A DNA stretch of 61,973 nt, counting the filler, from Candidatus Delongbacteria bacterium (GTDB taxonomy: Bacteria > UBA4055), in assembly GCA_016937995.1 (NCBI GenBank). It is 3 parts of 3 records of this genome, joined end to end, with 100 filler letters (N's around TTAATTAATTAA, not from the genome) between each part and the next. Parts side by side here need not be neighbours in the genome. Positions count along the whole stretch, not along the records: positions 1 to 28,545 come from JAFGVM010000009.1; 2 more parts are not named here. One strand, 5' to 3'. The translations under genes and the position numbers were made by a program. Shown piece after piece: positions 18,396 through 26,824 of the stretch. Under the pieces are notes generated by a model that did no database searches, was not told the origin of the DNA, and worked only from the letters and a program-made list of their open reading frames with translations. Position 1 is the first letter of the stretch; each line of letters starts with the position of its first letter.

Positions 18396-19463
18396 ATGAA
18401 TAATTACAAATTTGCATTGGTCGGATGCGGCAGGATATCTGGTAAGCATATAGATGCAATTAACGAAATAGAAAATGCGTCTTTGGCTGCTGTTTGTGAT
18501 ATTGATATTTCAAAAGCTAAATTAGTTGCTGATAAAACAGGAAATATAAATTACTACCGAACTTATGATGAAATGCTTCAAAATGAAGATATTGATATCG
18601 TAAATATCTTAACACCTAGCGGAATGCATGCTGAGCACACTATTGATATAGTAAAGAAGTACAAGAAGCATATAGTAGTGGAAAAACCGATGGCCCTCAA
18701 ACTCGAGGATGCCGACGAGATGATAAAGGTCTGTGATGCGAATTCAGTTCGTTTATTCGTTGTTAAACAAAACAGATATAATTTACCCGTTCAGAAACTT
18801 CGTGAAGCTGTTGAATCAGGTAGTTTCGGTAAATTAGTGATGGGTAGTGTCAGAGTACGATGGTGCAGACCACAGGAGTATTATGACAGAGATCACTGGA
18901 GAGGTACATGGGAACTGGATGGAGGAGTCATAACCAATCAGGCTTCACATCATATAGATCTGCTTGAGTGGATGCTAGGAGAGCCGGTTTCTGTCATGGC
19001 AAAAACAAATACATATCTTGCTGATATTGAGGTTGATGATACTGCGGCGGCAATTATAAGTTTTGAGAATGGTTCAATGGGGATAGTTGAAGCTACAACG
19101 GCCACAAGACCGAAGGATCTTGAGGGTTCTTTAAGTATATTGGGAGAGAATGGTTCTGTTGTTATAGGTGGTTTTGCTGTAAATAAAATGGAAACGTGGA
19201 ATTTTAAGGGATTATCAGAAACAGAGAGTAACTCTATCATCGAAAAATATGGTGAGATGCCGCCTAATGTATATGGATTCGGGCATCAGAGATATTTAGA
19301 ACATGTAATTGATTGTATTGAAAATAATAAGCAAGCACTGGTTGATGGTTTTGAAGGTAGAAAATCTCTTGAACTTATAAATGCAATGTATGAATCCGCT
19401 GAAACAGGTAAAGAAGTATTTCTGAGATTTCATCCTCATAAGTCCAAATTAGGAAAAAGATGA
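18396..19463 (+). CDS. Second Gfo/Idh/MocA oxidoreductase, WbpB/WlbA-like paralog
   Basis: Motifs ALVGCGRI, EKPMA, WRGTWELDGG..NQASHHID and NVYGFGH. ATG 18396 follows GAGGG. Confidence 0.85.
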   Translation: MNNYKFALVGCGRISGKHIDAINEIENASLAAVCDIDISKAKLVADKTGNINYYRTYDEMLQNEDIDIVNILTPSGMHAEHTIDIVKKYKKHIVVEKPMALKLEDADEMIKVCDANSVRLFVVKQNRYNLPVQKLREAVESGSFGKLVMGSVRVRWCRPQEYYDRDHWRGTWELDGGVITNQASHHIDLLEWMLGEPVSVMAKTNTYLADIEVDDTAAAIISFENGSMGIVEATTATRPKDLEGSLSILGENGSVVIGGFAVNKMETWNFKGLSETESNSIIEKYGEMPPNVYGFGHQRYLEHVIDCIENNKQALVDGFEGRKSLELINAMYESAETGKEVFLRFHPHKSKLGKR

Positions 19464-19493
19464 AGATCGTGAATTTTATATAAATAAACTGAG

Positions 19494-20204
19494 TTGACGA
19501 TAATGCTTGAAGAAAATATTAAAACTGTACGGAAAAGGATAAGTAAAGCCTGTAAGAAAATAGGAAGGAATGTTTCGGATATTACTCTGGTGGCTGTATC
19601 AAAAACTTTTCCTGTAAAAGAAAATCTATATGCTTATGAATCCGGCCAGTTCGTTTTCGGAGAAAATAAGATAAGGGATCTGGTCTTGAAAAGTGAGCTT
19701 TTTATTGAGTCGAAATTTGATGAAGTAAAATGGCATATGATAGGTCACTTACAATCAAATAAAGCTAAACATGTGGTAGAGCATGTTGATCTGTTCCATT
19801 GTCTTGATTCTTTAAAATTAGCGAAAAAATTGAATGAATACAGTAAAAAACTTGATAAAGTACTTGAAGTGCTTATTCAAATAAATTCGAGCAGAGAAGA
19901 AAGTAAATCAGGGTTATTACCTGAAGAGCTGACAGATTTCATATTTTCGCTTAAAGGACTTGATAATATAAAAGTAACCGGATTAATGTCAATAGGTATG
20001 TATAATGTAGATCCTGAGGATTCCAGGGATGAATTCAAATTTATGAAAGGATTGTTTGACAGAACAAAAAGTTTGAAATTACCTTCAAATTGTGAAATGA
20101 TCCATCTTTCCATGGGTATGAGCAATGATCTTGAAGTTGCAATAGAAGAAGGAGCGGATATTGTTAGAGTAGGAACAGACATCTTTGGAAAGAGAAAAGT
20201 ATGA
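19494..20204 (+). CDS. yggS: PLP homeostasis protein YggS
   Basis: Motifs LVAVSK, FGEN, WHMIGHLQSNK, LSMGMSND and VRVGTDIFG. An alternative ATG lies at 19503. Confidence 0.95.
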   Translation: MTIMLEENIKTVRKRISKACKKIGRNVSDITLVAVSKTFPVKENLYAYESGQFVFGENKIRDLVLKSELFIESKFDEVKWHMIGHLQSNKAKHVVEHVDLFHCLDSLKLAKKLNEYSKKLDKVLEVLIQINSSREESKSGLLPEELTDFIFSLKGLDNIKVTGLMSIGMYNVDPEDSRDEFKFMKGLFDRTKSLKLPSNCEMIHLSMGMSNDLEVAIEEGADIVRVGTDIFGKRKV

Positions 20205-20743
20205 TATTCGAATTTTTTTATACGCTTTTGCTGATCTTAATATTTGCAAGAATAATTATGCCGTTCTTTGGTATGAACCACGGTCCGTTATATGATAATA
20301 TATATTTTTACACAGAGAAAATACTGGCACCGATCAGGAAAAGGTTACCAAGATCGGCCGTGGACTGGTCACCTTTTGTTGCACTAATAATTCTAAATAT
20401 GATCATGACCTTCTTTATACCAGCTGTGACCCTTGCAGTTCAGGGTAATTTTAGAGGGGTGCTGTATTTAACAATAGCAACGGTGTTGTCACTATTATCT
20501 TCGATACTTTCTTTTTTCCTTATTATTTTTATCGTAAAAATAGTAAATGATCATGTGAACGGCCAATATTCAGGCTTGACTTATTTTATCAATTCATTAA
20601 CATACAAACCTATCGTAATGGTGAAGCAATACATGCCGGATAACGTCAAAAAATATACCGTATGGGTAATATTAGCTACGATAATTATTTTAAAAATGTT
20701 AATTGCCAGATCAATAGATAACTTTTTAATTTATTTTCAATAG
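20201..20743 (+). CDS. yggT: YggT family membrane protein (two repeats, second degenerate)
   Basis: Motif TE.ILAPIRKRLP..DWSPFVA, positioned between yggS and divIVA. Confidence 0.75.
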   Translation: MIFEFFYTLLLILIFARIIMPFFGMNHGPLYDNIYFYTEKILAPIRKRLPRSAVDWSPFVALIILNMIMTFFIPAVTLAVQGNFRGVLYLTIATVLSLLSSILSFFLIIFIVKIVNDHVNGQYSGLTYFINSLTYKPIVMVKQYMPDNVKKYTVWVILATIIILKMLIARSIDNFLIYFQ

Positions 20744-20775
20744 ATCTTTATCATTTTCACTCAAAGGATAATAAA

Positions 20776-21282
20776 ATGGCTTTAAAAAGAGAAAAAATAA
20801 CTTCAAAACAATTTGGTAAAACTTTTAACGGTTATGATAAGATAGAGGTTCAGGCATTCCTAGAATGGATCGCTGATGAATATGACTCTCTCAGATTAAG
20901 TAATATCCAGTTGGAAGCCAAGATAAAAGAGTATGAAGCTGATTTTAAAAAATATGAAAAAGAAAAGGAAGAATTTAAACATGATCAGATCAATGCTAAA
21001 AAGGATATTGACAGATTAAAAAGAGAAACTGCTAAAGAGTGTGATATAGCTAAAAGTGAAGCAAAATTAAACGCACAGAATGTTCTGAAAGATGCTTATA
21101 CCCAAACAAAAGAACTGAAAAATGATATAGATAAATTAAATAAGATAAAACAATCGTTCATAAGAAGATATCAGACACTGTTAAGAGATCAACTTGATAC
21201 ATTGAAAGTATTCCAGAGAGAATTTGTCCCTGAGGATGATTCTGTGAAGATAACTTCTAAACCTACATCAAAGAAAAATTAA
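20776..21282 (+). CDS. divIVA: DivIVA domain protein
   Basis: N-terminal ITSKQFGKTFNGYDKIEVQAFL followed by a long coiled coil. Confidence 0.85.
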   Translation: MALKREKITSKQFGKTFNGYDKIEVQAFLEWIADEYDSLRLSNIQLEAKIKEYEADFKKYEKEKEEFKHDQINAKKDIDRLKRETAKECDIAKSEAKLNAQNVLKDAYTQTKELKNDIDKLNKIKQSFIRRYQTLLRDQLDTLKVFQREFVPEDDSVKITSKPTSKKN

Positions 21283-21286
21283 TTTT

Positions 21287-21910
21287 ATGCAAGATATTTC
21301 AGAGATCAGAACATTATCAAAAAAGTTGACCGATACGATCAAAATTACTCCTGTAACAATTAATATTATTTCAACAGGCTGGATCGATAGAACTTCTGAT
21401 CTGGCTGCAGTTGATTTTCAGCTGGATAGTTGTGTGAATCATAACTTATTTTTTAACGGAGTAACAAAGGAACTTTTTATTCATTGGGATCACATTAAGA
21501 TTGATAACGATCTTAAAGGATTTTTTAAAAAATTGATAAGAATATTGAAAATTTCAGGGACAGAGAAAATTCGTACTTTTGATGAGTGTTATTCTATTAA
21601 TATTTCAGATGAGCTGGTGGAGATAAAAGATCATATAAATTTTACTTCTGATAATCCTTTGATGGGTAGGAATTCTGAGGAGATCGGTACAAGATTCCCT
21701 GATATGAGTCAGGCTTATCTGATTGAAGATAAGAATCTTCGAAAAGTTATTCTGGCAGGTGTTGATGACATTGATGTTTCTCATAGAACGATGGAACTAA
21801 TCAAGCATAGTGATGCTGAGGTGTATAATTTTTCAGTTTTCTGGATGAATATTTTATCAGTTCATGCTTCGATCTTATTTTCTGCAGTTTGTAAAGTTAG
21901 ATCCCGATAA
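21287..21910 (+). CDS. Degenerate purine nucleoside phosphorylase homolog (probable pseudoenzyme)
   Basis: Retains DHINFTSDNPLMGRNSEEIGTRFPDMSQAY. The other PNP motifs are eroded and the protein is only 207 aa. Confidence 0.7.
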   Translation: MQDISEIRTLSKKLTDTIKITPVTINIISTGWIDRTSDLAAVDFQLDSCVNHNLFFNGVTKELFIHWDHIKIDNDLKGFFKKLIRILKISGTEKIRTFDECYSINISDELVEIKDHINFTSDNPLMGRNSEEIGTRFPDMSQAYLIEDKNLRKVILAGVDDIDVSHRTMELIKHSDAEVYNFSVFWMNILSVHASILFSAVCKVRSR

Positions 21911-22015
21911 AAAAAATATATGTAAATATTAGATTTTATTTGCTTTTAAAGTTTAAAATATTATCTTCTAACGACCTTATGATACAAGGAAAAAATTAAT
22001 ATAAAAGGGGGCAAT

Positions 22016-23218
22016 ATGCTTAGCTCAAAAGAGATAATGGAACTGGACAACAAGTATGGTGCACACAATTATCATCCTCTCCCAGTTGTAATATCAGAAG
22101 CGGAAGGTGTAATGGTAAAAGATCCTGAAGGAAAAATTTATTACGATTTTCTTTCTGCTTATTCAGCTGTAAACCAGGGACACAGAAATCCAAAGATCAT
22201 CAATGCATTGATCGAACAGGCTGGAAAATGTACATTAACCTCAAGAGCATTCCATAATGATGTTATGGGAAAATTCCTGAAAAAACTTTGTGAATTCACA
22301 GGTTATGAAATGGCATTGCCAATGAATACCGGTGCTGAAGCAGTTGAAACTGCTATTAAACTTGCAAGAAGATGGGGCGCAGAGGAAAAAGGTATCGAGA
22401 ACGGAATGCAGGAAATTATTGTTGCAGAAGAGAACTTTCACGGTAGAACTACAACAATTATTTCTTTCTCAACTGATCCTGATGCAAGGATAAATTACGG
22501 TCCATATACACCGGGATTTAAGATAGTTAAGTATAACGATGCCCAGGCTATCGAAGATGCGATAACTCCTAACACTTGTGCTGTTCTTTTAGAACCTATT
22601 CAGGGTGAAGCAGGTGTTTATGTACCTGATGCAGGATATTTGAAAGAGGTAAGAGAGATTTGTACTAAGAATAATGTTCTTTTCATAGCTGATGAAGTTC
22701 AGACAGGTTTCTTGAGGACCGGTGAAAGATTTGCTGTAAATCATGAGAATGTAAGACCTGACGTAATGACACTTGGCAAAGCACTAGGTGGAGGAGTTAT
22801 TCCTGTATCAGCTGTTGTCGCAGATAAAAAATTCATGCATGTATTTACACCGGGTACACACGGATCTACTTTCGGGGGATATCCTATAGCTGCTGCAGTA
22901 GGTATTGCTGCTCTTGAAGTACTTGAAGATGAAGACCTGAAGAAGAGTGTTCAGGATCTTGGTGAGTTCTTCAGAGCTGAACTTAAGAAGATCAACTGTG
23001 ATAAGATAGTTCAGGTCAGAGGAAAAGGTCTTTTAAATGCTGTTGTATTTGAAGACGGATTTGAGGCATGGGATGTCTGTATTGCCCTTAGAGATGCTGG
23101 TTTACTTGCAAAACAGACTCATGGTAATATCATCAGATTTGCACCACCGTTGGTTATTACTAAAGATGAAGTTGTAAAAGCTCTTGCAATTATAAAGAGC
23201 GTATTCGAAAAGTTTTAA
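22016..23218 (+). CDS. rocD: Ornithine--oxo-acid aminotransferase
   Basis: Motifs YGAHNYHPLPVV, FLSAYSAVNQGH, NFHGRT, EPIQGEAG, DEVQTG, LGKALGGG and HGSTFGG. Confidence 0.95.
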   Translation: MLSSKEIMELDNKYGAHNYHPLPVVISEAEGVMVKDPEGKIYYDFLSAYSAVNQGHRNPKIINALIEQAGKCTLTSRAFHNDVMGKFLKKLCEFTGYEMALPMNTGAEAVETAIKLARRWGAEEKGIENGMQEIIVAEENFHGRTTTIISFSTDPDARINYGPYTPGFKIVKYNDAQAIEDAITPNTCAVLLEPIQGEAGVYVPDAGYLKEVREICTKNNVLFIADEVQTGFLRTGERFAVNHENVRPDVMTLGKALGGGVIPVSAVVADKKFMHVFTPGTHGSTFGGYPIAAAVGIAALEVLEDEDLKKSVQDLGEFFRAELKKINCDKIVQVRGKGLLNAVVFEDGFEAWDVCIALRDAGLLAKQTHGNIIRFAPPLVITKDEVVKALAIIKSVFEKF

Positions 23219-23223
23219 GGATC

Positions 23224-23303
23224 TGTCATTACCGGAAAATACACCGGTGATCCAGGTGGTTCAAATAGCAATGTAGGGGACGATTTCTTTTCGTCTCCTT
23301 TTT
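23224..23303 (+). repeat. Two REP-like palindromes after rocD (the second may act as terminator)
   Basis: TGTCATTACCGG..CCGGTGATCCAG (23224-23255), then GTAGGGGACGA..TCGTCTCC followed by a T run (23273-23303). Confidence 0.65.
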
Positions 23304-23354
23304 ATTTTAAAACGATTATATTTACTGCAATTATAACAAAATATGGATTGAAAT

Positions 23355-23723
23355 ATGAAAGCTTTATCTACGATCGGTCTGCTTATACTGTCAAATTCTT
23401 TTATGACTTTGGCGTGGTACGGACATTTAAAATTTGCTGAATGGAAATGGTTCAGTAAACTCAGTCTGGTCTCGATCGTTCTTTTAAGCTGGGGAATAGC
23501 TTTATTCGAATACGCTTTTCAGGTACCCGCAAACAGGATAGGATTTTCAAGTAACGGCGGACCTTTTTCCCTGGTTCAGCTAAAGGTAATACAGGAAGTC
23601 ATTACGCTGATCGTTTTTTCAGTATTTACACTGATAGCTTTCAAAGATGAGACTTTAAGAATTAATCATCTTATAGGGTTTATTTTTCTTATTCTGGCGG
23701 TCTATTTTATTTTTAAGAAGTGA
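23355..23723 (+). CDS. DMT family small membrane protein (DUF486-type)
   Basis: Motifs SNSFMTLAWYGHLK, SWGIALFEY..QVPANRIG and QLKVIQEVITL. Confidence 0.88.
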   Translation: MKALSTIGLLILSNSFMTLAWYGHLKFAEWKWFSKLSLVSIVLLSWGIALFEYAFQVPANRIGFSSNGGPFSLVQLKVIQEVITLIVFSVFTLIAFKDETLRINHLIGFIFLILAVYFIFKK

Positions 23724-23738
23724 GAAGAGTAGGTGGTC

Positions 23739-23788
23739 CCACAGGTTAAACATGTGGTTATGAGGGTTATATCCCGTAGGATAAGTTA
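23739..23788 (+). repeat. About 50-bp imperfect direct repeat, copy 1
   Basis: CCACAGGTTAAACATGTGGTTATGAGGGTTATATCCCGTAGGATAAGTTA closely matches 24853-24904. Confidence 0.75.
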
Positions 23789-23807
23789 TAACCTCTGATT
23801 TCTAACT

Positions 23808-24110
23808 TTACCGCCCCAGCATTTTCTCAAGTCTTTCCACATATTTCTCGAAAGCTTCTTTGCCTTTATCGGTAAGCTTGTATTTAGTATTCGGTTTCCT
23901 GTCAAGAAATGTCTTTTCTGCTGACAGATAACCGGCATCCTCGATCTTTTTCAGATGAACACTAAGATTCCCGTCGGTCGCTTTGAGATTATCCTTCAGG
24001 AAATTAAAATCAGCTTCATCCACACTGAGCAGAACTGACATGATAGCAAGTCTTATCCTTGAATGGATAATATCATCAAGCTGTTTATAATCAAATTCCG
24101 AGTCGGTCAT
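23808..24110 (-). CDS. Winged-helix transcriptional regulator (ArsR/MarR-like, HTH_34)
   Basis: Motifs IHSRIRLAIMS, TDGNLSVHL and KPNTKYKLT.KG. Confidence 0.88.
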   Translation of the reverse strand: MTDSEFDYKQLDDIIHSRIRLAIMSVLLSVDEADFNFLKDNLKATDGNLSVHLKKIEDAGYLSAEKTFLDRKPNTKYKLTDKGKEAFEKYVERLEKMLGR

Positions 24111-24111
24111 A

Positions 24112-24741
24112 TTACGACTCCTTTGATCTTCTGTAGAATCTGATTCCGGGAAGTATCTGGAATAAAATCGTCATTAAGGCAAAAACCAGGAATGTATTAT
24201 AGCTTTTCATATAGAAAAGGATTATTCCACCTGTCCACCATCCGTAAGCTAATCTGGAGGTAAATTTGCATTCATTGATATAACCTGTAACATAATACGC
24301 AGCTCCGAGTATCAGAGAGATAATCGGTGCGATCGCCATTGAATTTATTATATATGAATATGGTACCAGGTCAGAAACTTCTCTTTTGAACTGAATACTG
24401 CAGACTAAAGCTATGATAGTCATAATAATCCCAGATGCTCTCCAAACTGCATTCTGGATCTTAAGCGCGAAAGTTTCAGGCCTATTATTCTTTTTTACAT
24501 TTCTTGTTTTAAGAAAAGTATAAGTCCATCCTGCGGCTAAAAGTATACCCCATATGTATAGTGCATAATCCCAGTTATGATAAATACCGCTGAAGTAATT
24601 TACCATTATACCGATCACAACAAGACTTCCCCAAATAACTCCTGAAAGTCCGCTGTCATTTACTTTTCTTCTACTGTCACTGATTATATTTTTGATAAAC
24701 TCGAGTTCGAGTTCTGCTTTGTTTTTATCTTCCATTTTCAT
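24112..24741 (-). CDS. Hypothetical membrane protein (about 6 TM), directly upstream of the wHTH gene
   Basis: N-terminal ELEFIKNII helix followed by TM segments. 1-nt gap to the regulator. Confidence 0.8.
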   Translation of the reverse strand: MKMEDKNKAELELEFIKNIISDSRRKVNDSGLSGVIWGSLVVIGIMVNYFSGIYHNWDYALYIWGILLAAGWTYTFLKTRNVKKNNRPETFALKIQNAVWRASGIIMTIIALVCSIQFKREVSDLVPYSYIINSMAIAPIISLILGAAYYVTGYINECKFTSRLAYGWWTGGIILFYMKSYNTFLVFALMTILFQILPGIRFYRRSKES

Positions 24742-24750
24742 CTCCCTCTT

Positions 24751-24904
24751 GTACGAGACGTTCTGGGAGAACGTCTTTGCGGTTGTGGGTTCAAGCTATT
24801 GCACCCTCACATCTGTCATACTCGGGCTTGACCCGGGTATCCAGGGGTTAGTCCACAGGTTGAAACCTGTGGTTATCGGAGTTATATCCCGTTGGGATAA
24901 GTTA
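24751..24904 (+). repeat. REP-like palindrome cluster including copy 2 of the 50-bp direct repeat
   Basis: AGACGTTCT/AGAACGTCT hairpin (24756-24776); TGTCATACTCGGG..CCCGGGTATCCAG (24814-24844); CCACAGGTTGAAACCTGTGG..ATCCCGTTGGGATAAGTTA (24853-24904). Confidence 0.75.
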
Positions 24905-26083
24905 ATGCACTGATAATTCAAATACTTTTATCGTTACATCTGCTTTTCCACCTTCGCTGTAATTCTGCTGTATCGGAGTACCTGCAATCACATACTTATC
25001 TTTGCTTCTGAGCTTGTATCCTCCAAATTCAGGAACTGTCACAGTCTTTAGGAAATGACCTTCTTTATTGAAAATATCAAAGTCCTGACCTTCCTCATTG
25101 AACATACTTTCGTTAACACCGACCCAAAGATTATCCTTACTGTCAACGAACATCTGGGTCATTACAGATCTTAGAGGAGAAACATCTTTAAATTCTATCA
25201 TTCCACCCATGCTCTGAGATACTTTCTTCAAAGCTTCATTTATTTCTTCAATATCTTCTTTGGATCTTCTTAGCGGAGCATACTTTTTTCTTATCTCTCT
25301 GATCTTTTTTCCTTCGTAATCATATTGGTAAATGATATAGTTATTTTTAGAACCGTCAGCTACATAAATATATTTCCCCGAGATCGCTGTCAGAACACCC
25401 TGATCATCGGCATCAACATTTTTCATATCAAAAGGTTTAAGCTCTCCATATATCTTATCTTTCACTTCAAATTCAGGAGAACTGTTGTATAAGCAAACAC
25501 CCATTTTGAACTCGCTGGATCCCCATTGACCTTCAAAAGCTTCACAAACGAACAAAGGCCCATAGTTCGTCATATACAGATTCTTTGCTCTGACACCCCT
25601 GCTTAAGATATTGTAGAACTTGTCAAAATTACCATCTTTATCAAAAATTGATAATCTGCCTGAACCGTCAAAGACATATACCTTATTTTCAGAGTCGACT
25701 ACATTGATATCTATAGGATTAAATGGAAATTCACCGGGTCCCTGACCTTTTGCACCCCATTTTTGTACAAATTTTCCGGTTTTATCAAACTTCAGTATAA
25801 ATGACTTTACATTATCAACGACATAAAGATTTCCATCTTTATCAAGGTCAGAGTTCAGGTCTGCTCTGTGCTGAGGGAAATTCAGTACAAATGTGGTATC
25901 TTCTTCATTGTTTTCAATAGTCATTATATGATCGATCTTGAATGATAGATCCTTGTTAATTCCAGCTTTTGAGTTTTCAATGATCTTTACTCCGTCCACT
26001 TCTGTTTCAGTGAATGGTTTTTCCTTTGTGCAAGATATCAGTAAGGTCAGTAAGATGATCATTACGATCAATTTGTTTTTCAT
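24902..26083 (-). CDS. 6-bladed beta-propeller lipoprotein (NHL-like)
   Basis: Lipobox LISC, DKDGNLYVVD and KGQGPGEF motifs, repeated FD..G.F blades. Confidence 0.8.
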   Translation of the reverse strand: MKNKLIVMIILLTLLISCTKEKPFTETEVDGVKIIENSKAGINKDLSFKIDHIMTIENNEEDTTFVLNFPQHRADLNSDLDKDGNLYVVDNVKSFILKFDKTGKFVQKWGAKGQGPGEFPFNPIDINVVDSENKVYVFDGSGRLSIFDKDGNFDKFYNILSRGVRAKNLYMTNYGPLFVCEAFEGQWGSSEFKMGVCLYNSSPEFEVKDKIYGELKPFDMKNVDADDQGVLTAISGKYIYVADGSKNNYIIYQYDYEGKKIREIRKKYAPLRRSKEDIEEINEALKKVSQSMGGMIEFKDVSPLRSVMTQMFVDSKDNLWVGVNESMFNEEGQDFDIFNKEGHFLKTVTVPEFGGYKLRSKDKYVIAGTPIQQNYSEGGKADVTIKVFELSVH

Positions 26084-26111
26084 TTGTTGCTCCTTTCGAT
26101 TGAAATAAAGT

Positions 26112-26158
26112 ACTTTGTTTTATAAAGTGAAGATACAGAGATTTTAATTTGATGTCAA
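26112..26158 (-). promoter_or_regulatory. Sigma-70 promoter with overlapping palindromic operator
   Basis: Minus strand TTGACA(26158-26153)-17nt-TATCTT(26135-26130). The inverted repeat ACTTT-N7-AAAGT at 26112-26128 covers the predicted start site. Confidence 0.6.
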
Positions 26159-26221
26159 GTATTTTGTTTCATTTTATGTAAAAATTTGGTAAATTTGTGT
26201 TCAAGTAATATTGGAATAATA

Positions 26222-26407
26222 ATGAAGACAGAGATATTAATTACTACTCATAAAGAGCAGAGAGATAATGACAGGCAGTACTGGAGGAACCTAACACCAG
26301 AAGAAAGATTAGATATTGTTGAATTATTAAGATTAGAAGCAGGAAAAATATTATATGAATATCCAGCAAGACTTCAGAGAGTTGTTAAGGTTACTAGAAA
26401 AAAATAA
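26222..26407 (+). CDS. Small hypothetical protein, putative partner or antitoxin of the downstream nucleotidyltransferase
   Basis: 61 aa containing YWRNLTPEERL. Overlaps the next ORF by 53 nt. Confidence 0.65.
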   Translation: MKTEILITTHKEQRDNDRQYWRNLTPEERLDIVELLRLEAGKILYEYPARLQRVVKVTRKK

Positions 26408-26798
26408 AGTAGATTATGTAATCGTTGGTGGTTATGCAGTTGCTTTTTATGGTTATCCAAGATTTACAAAGGATATTGATATTTTTTTTAAAGATTCAAA
26501 AGAAAATATTATAGATTTACTGGCAGCCCTAAAAGAGTTCGGATTTACGGAAGATGATATAAATGAGAATATGTTTCAAACAAAAGGAAATATAGTAACT
26601 TTTGGGGTTGAACCGGTAAGGGTTGATTTTCTAAATAGCATCGACGGAGTTAGTTTTGATGAAGCAGTGCAAAACAAGGTTCGTGGAAAATATGATACTG
26701 TTGAGGTATATTTTATCGGAAAAGAGGAGCTGATAAAGAATAAACTATCCACAGACAGACTTCAAGATAAAGCAGATGTTGAAGAGTTAACTAAATAA
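26355..26798 (+). CDS. Pol-beta superfamily nucleotidyltransferase
   Basis: YVIVGGYAV..YGYPRFTKDIDI (GG..DxD), RVDFL and K..TDRLQDKADV motifs. Confidence 0.85.
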   Translation: MNIQQDFRELLRLLEKNKVDYVIVGGYAVAFYGYPRFTKDIDIFFKDSKENIIDLLAALKEFGFTEDDINENMFQTKGNIVTFGVEPVRVDFLNSIDGVSFDEAVQNKVRGKYDTVEVYFIGKEELIKNKLSTDRLQDKADVEELTK

Positions 26799-26824
26799 AT
26801 TAATACATTATACAGTAGGTTAAA

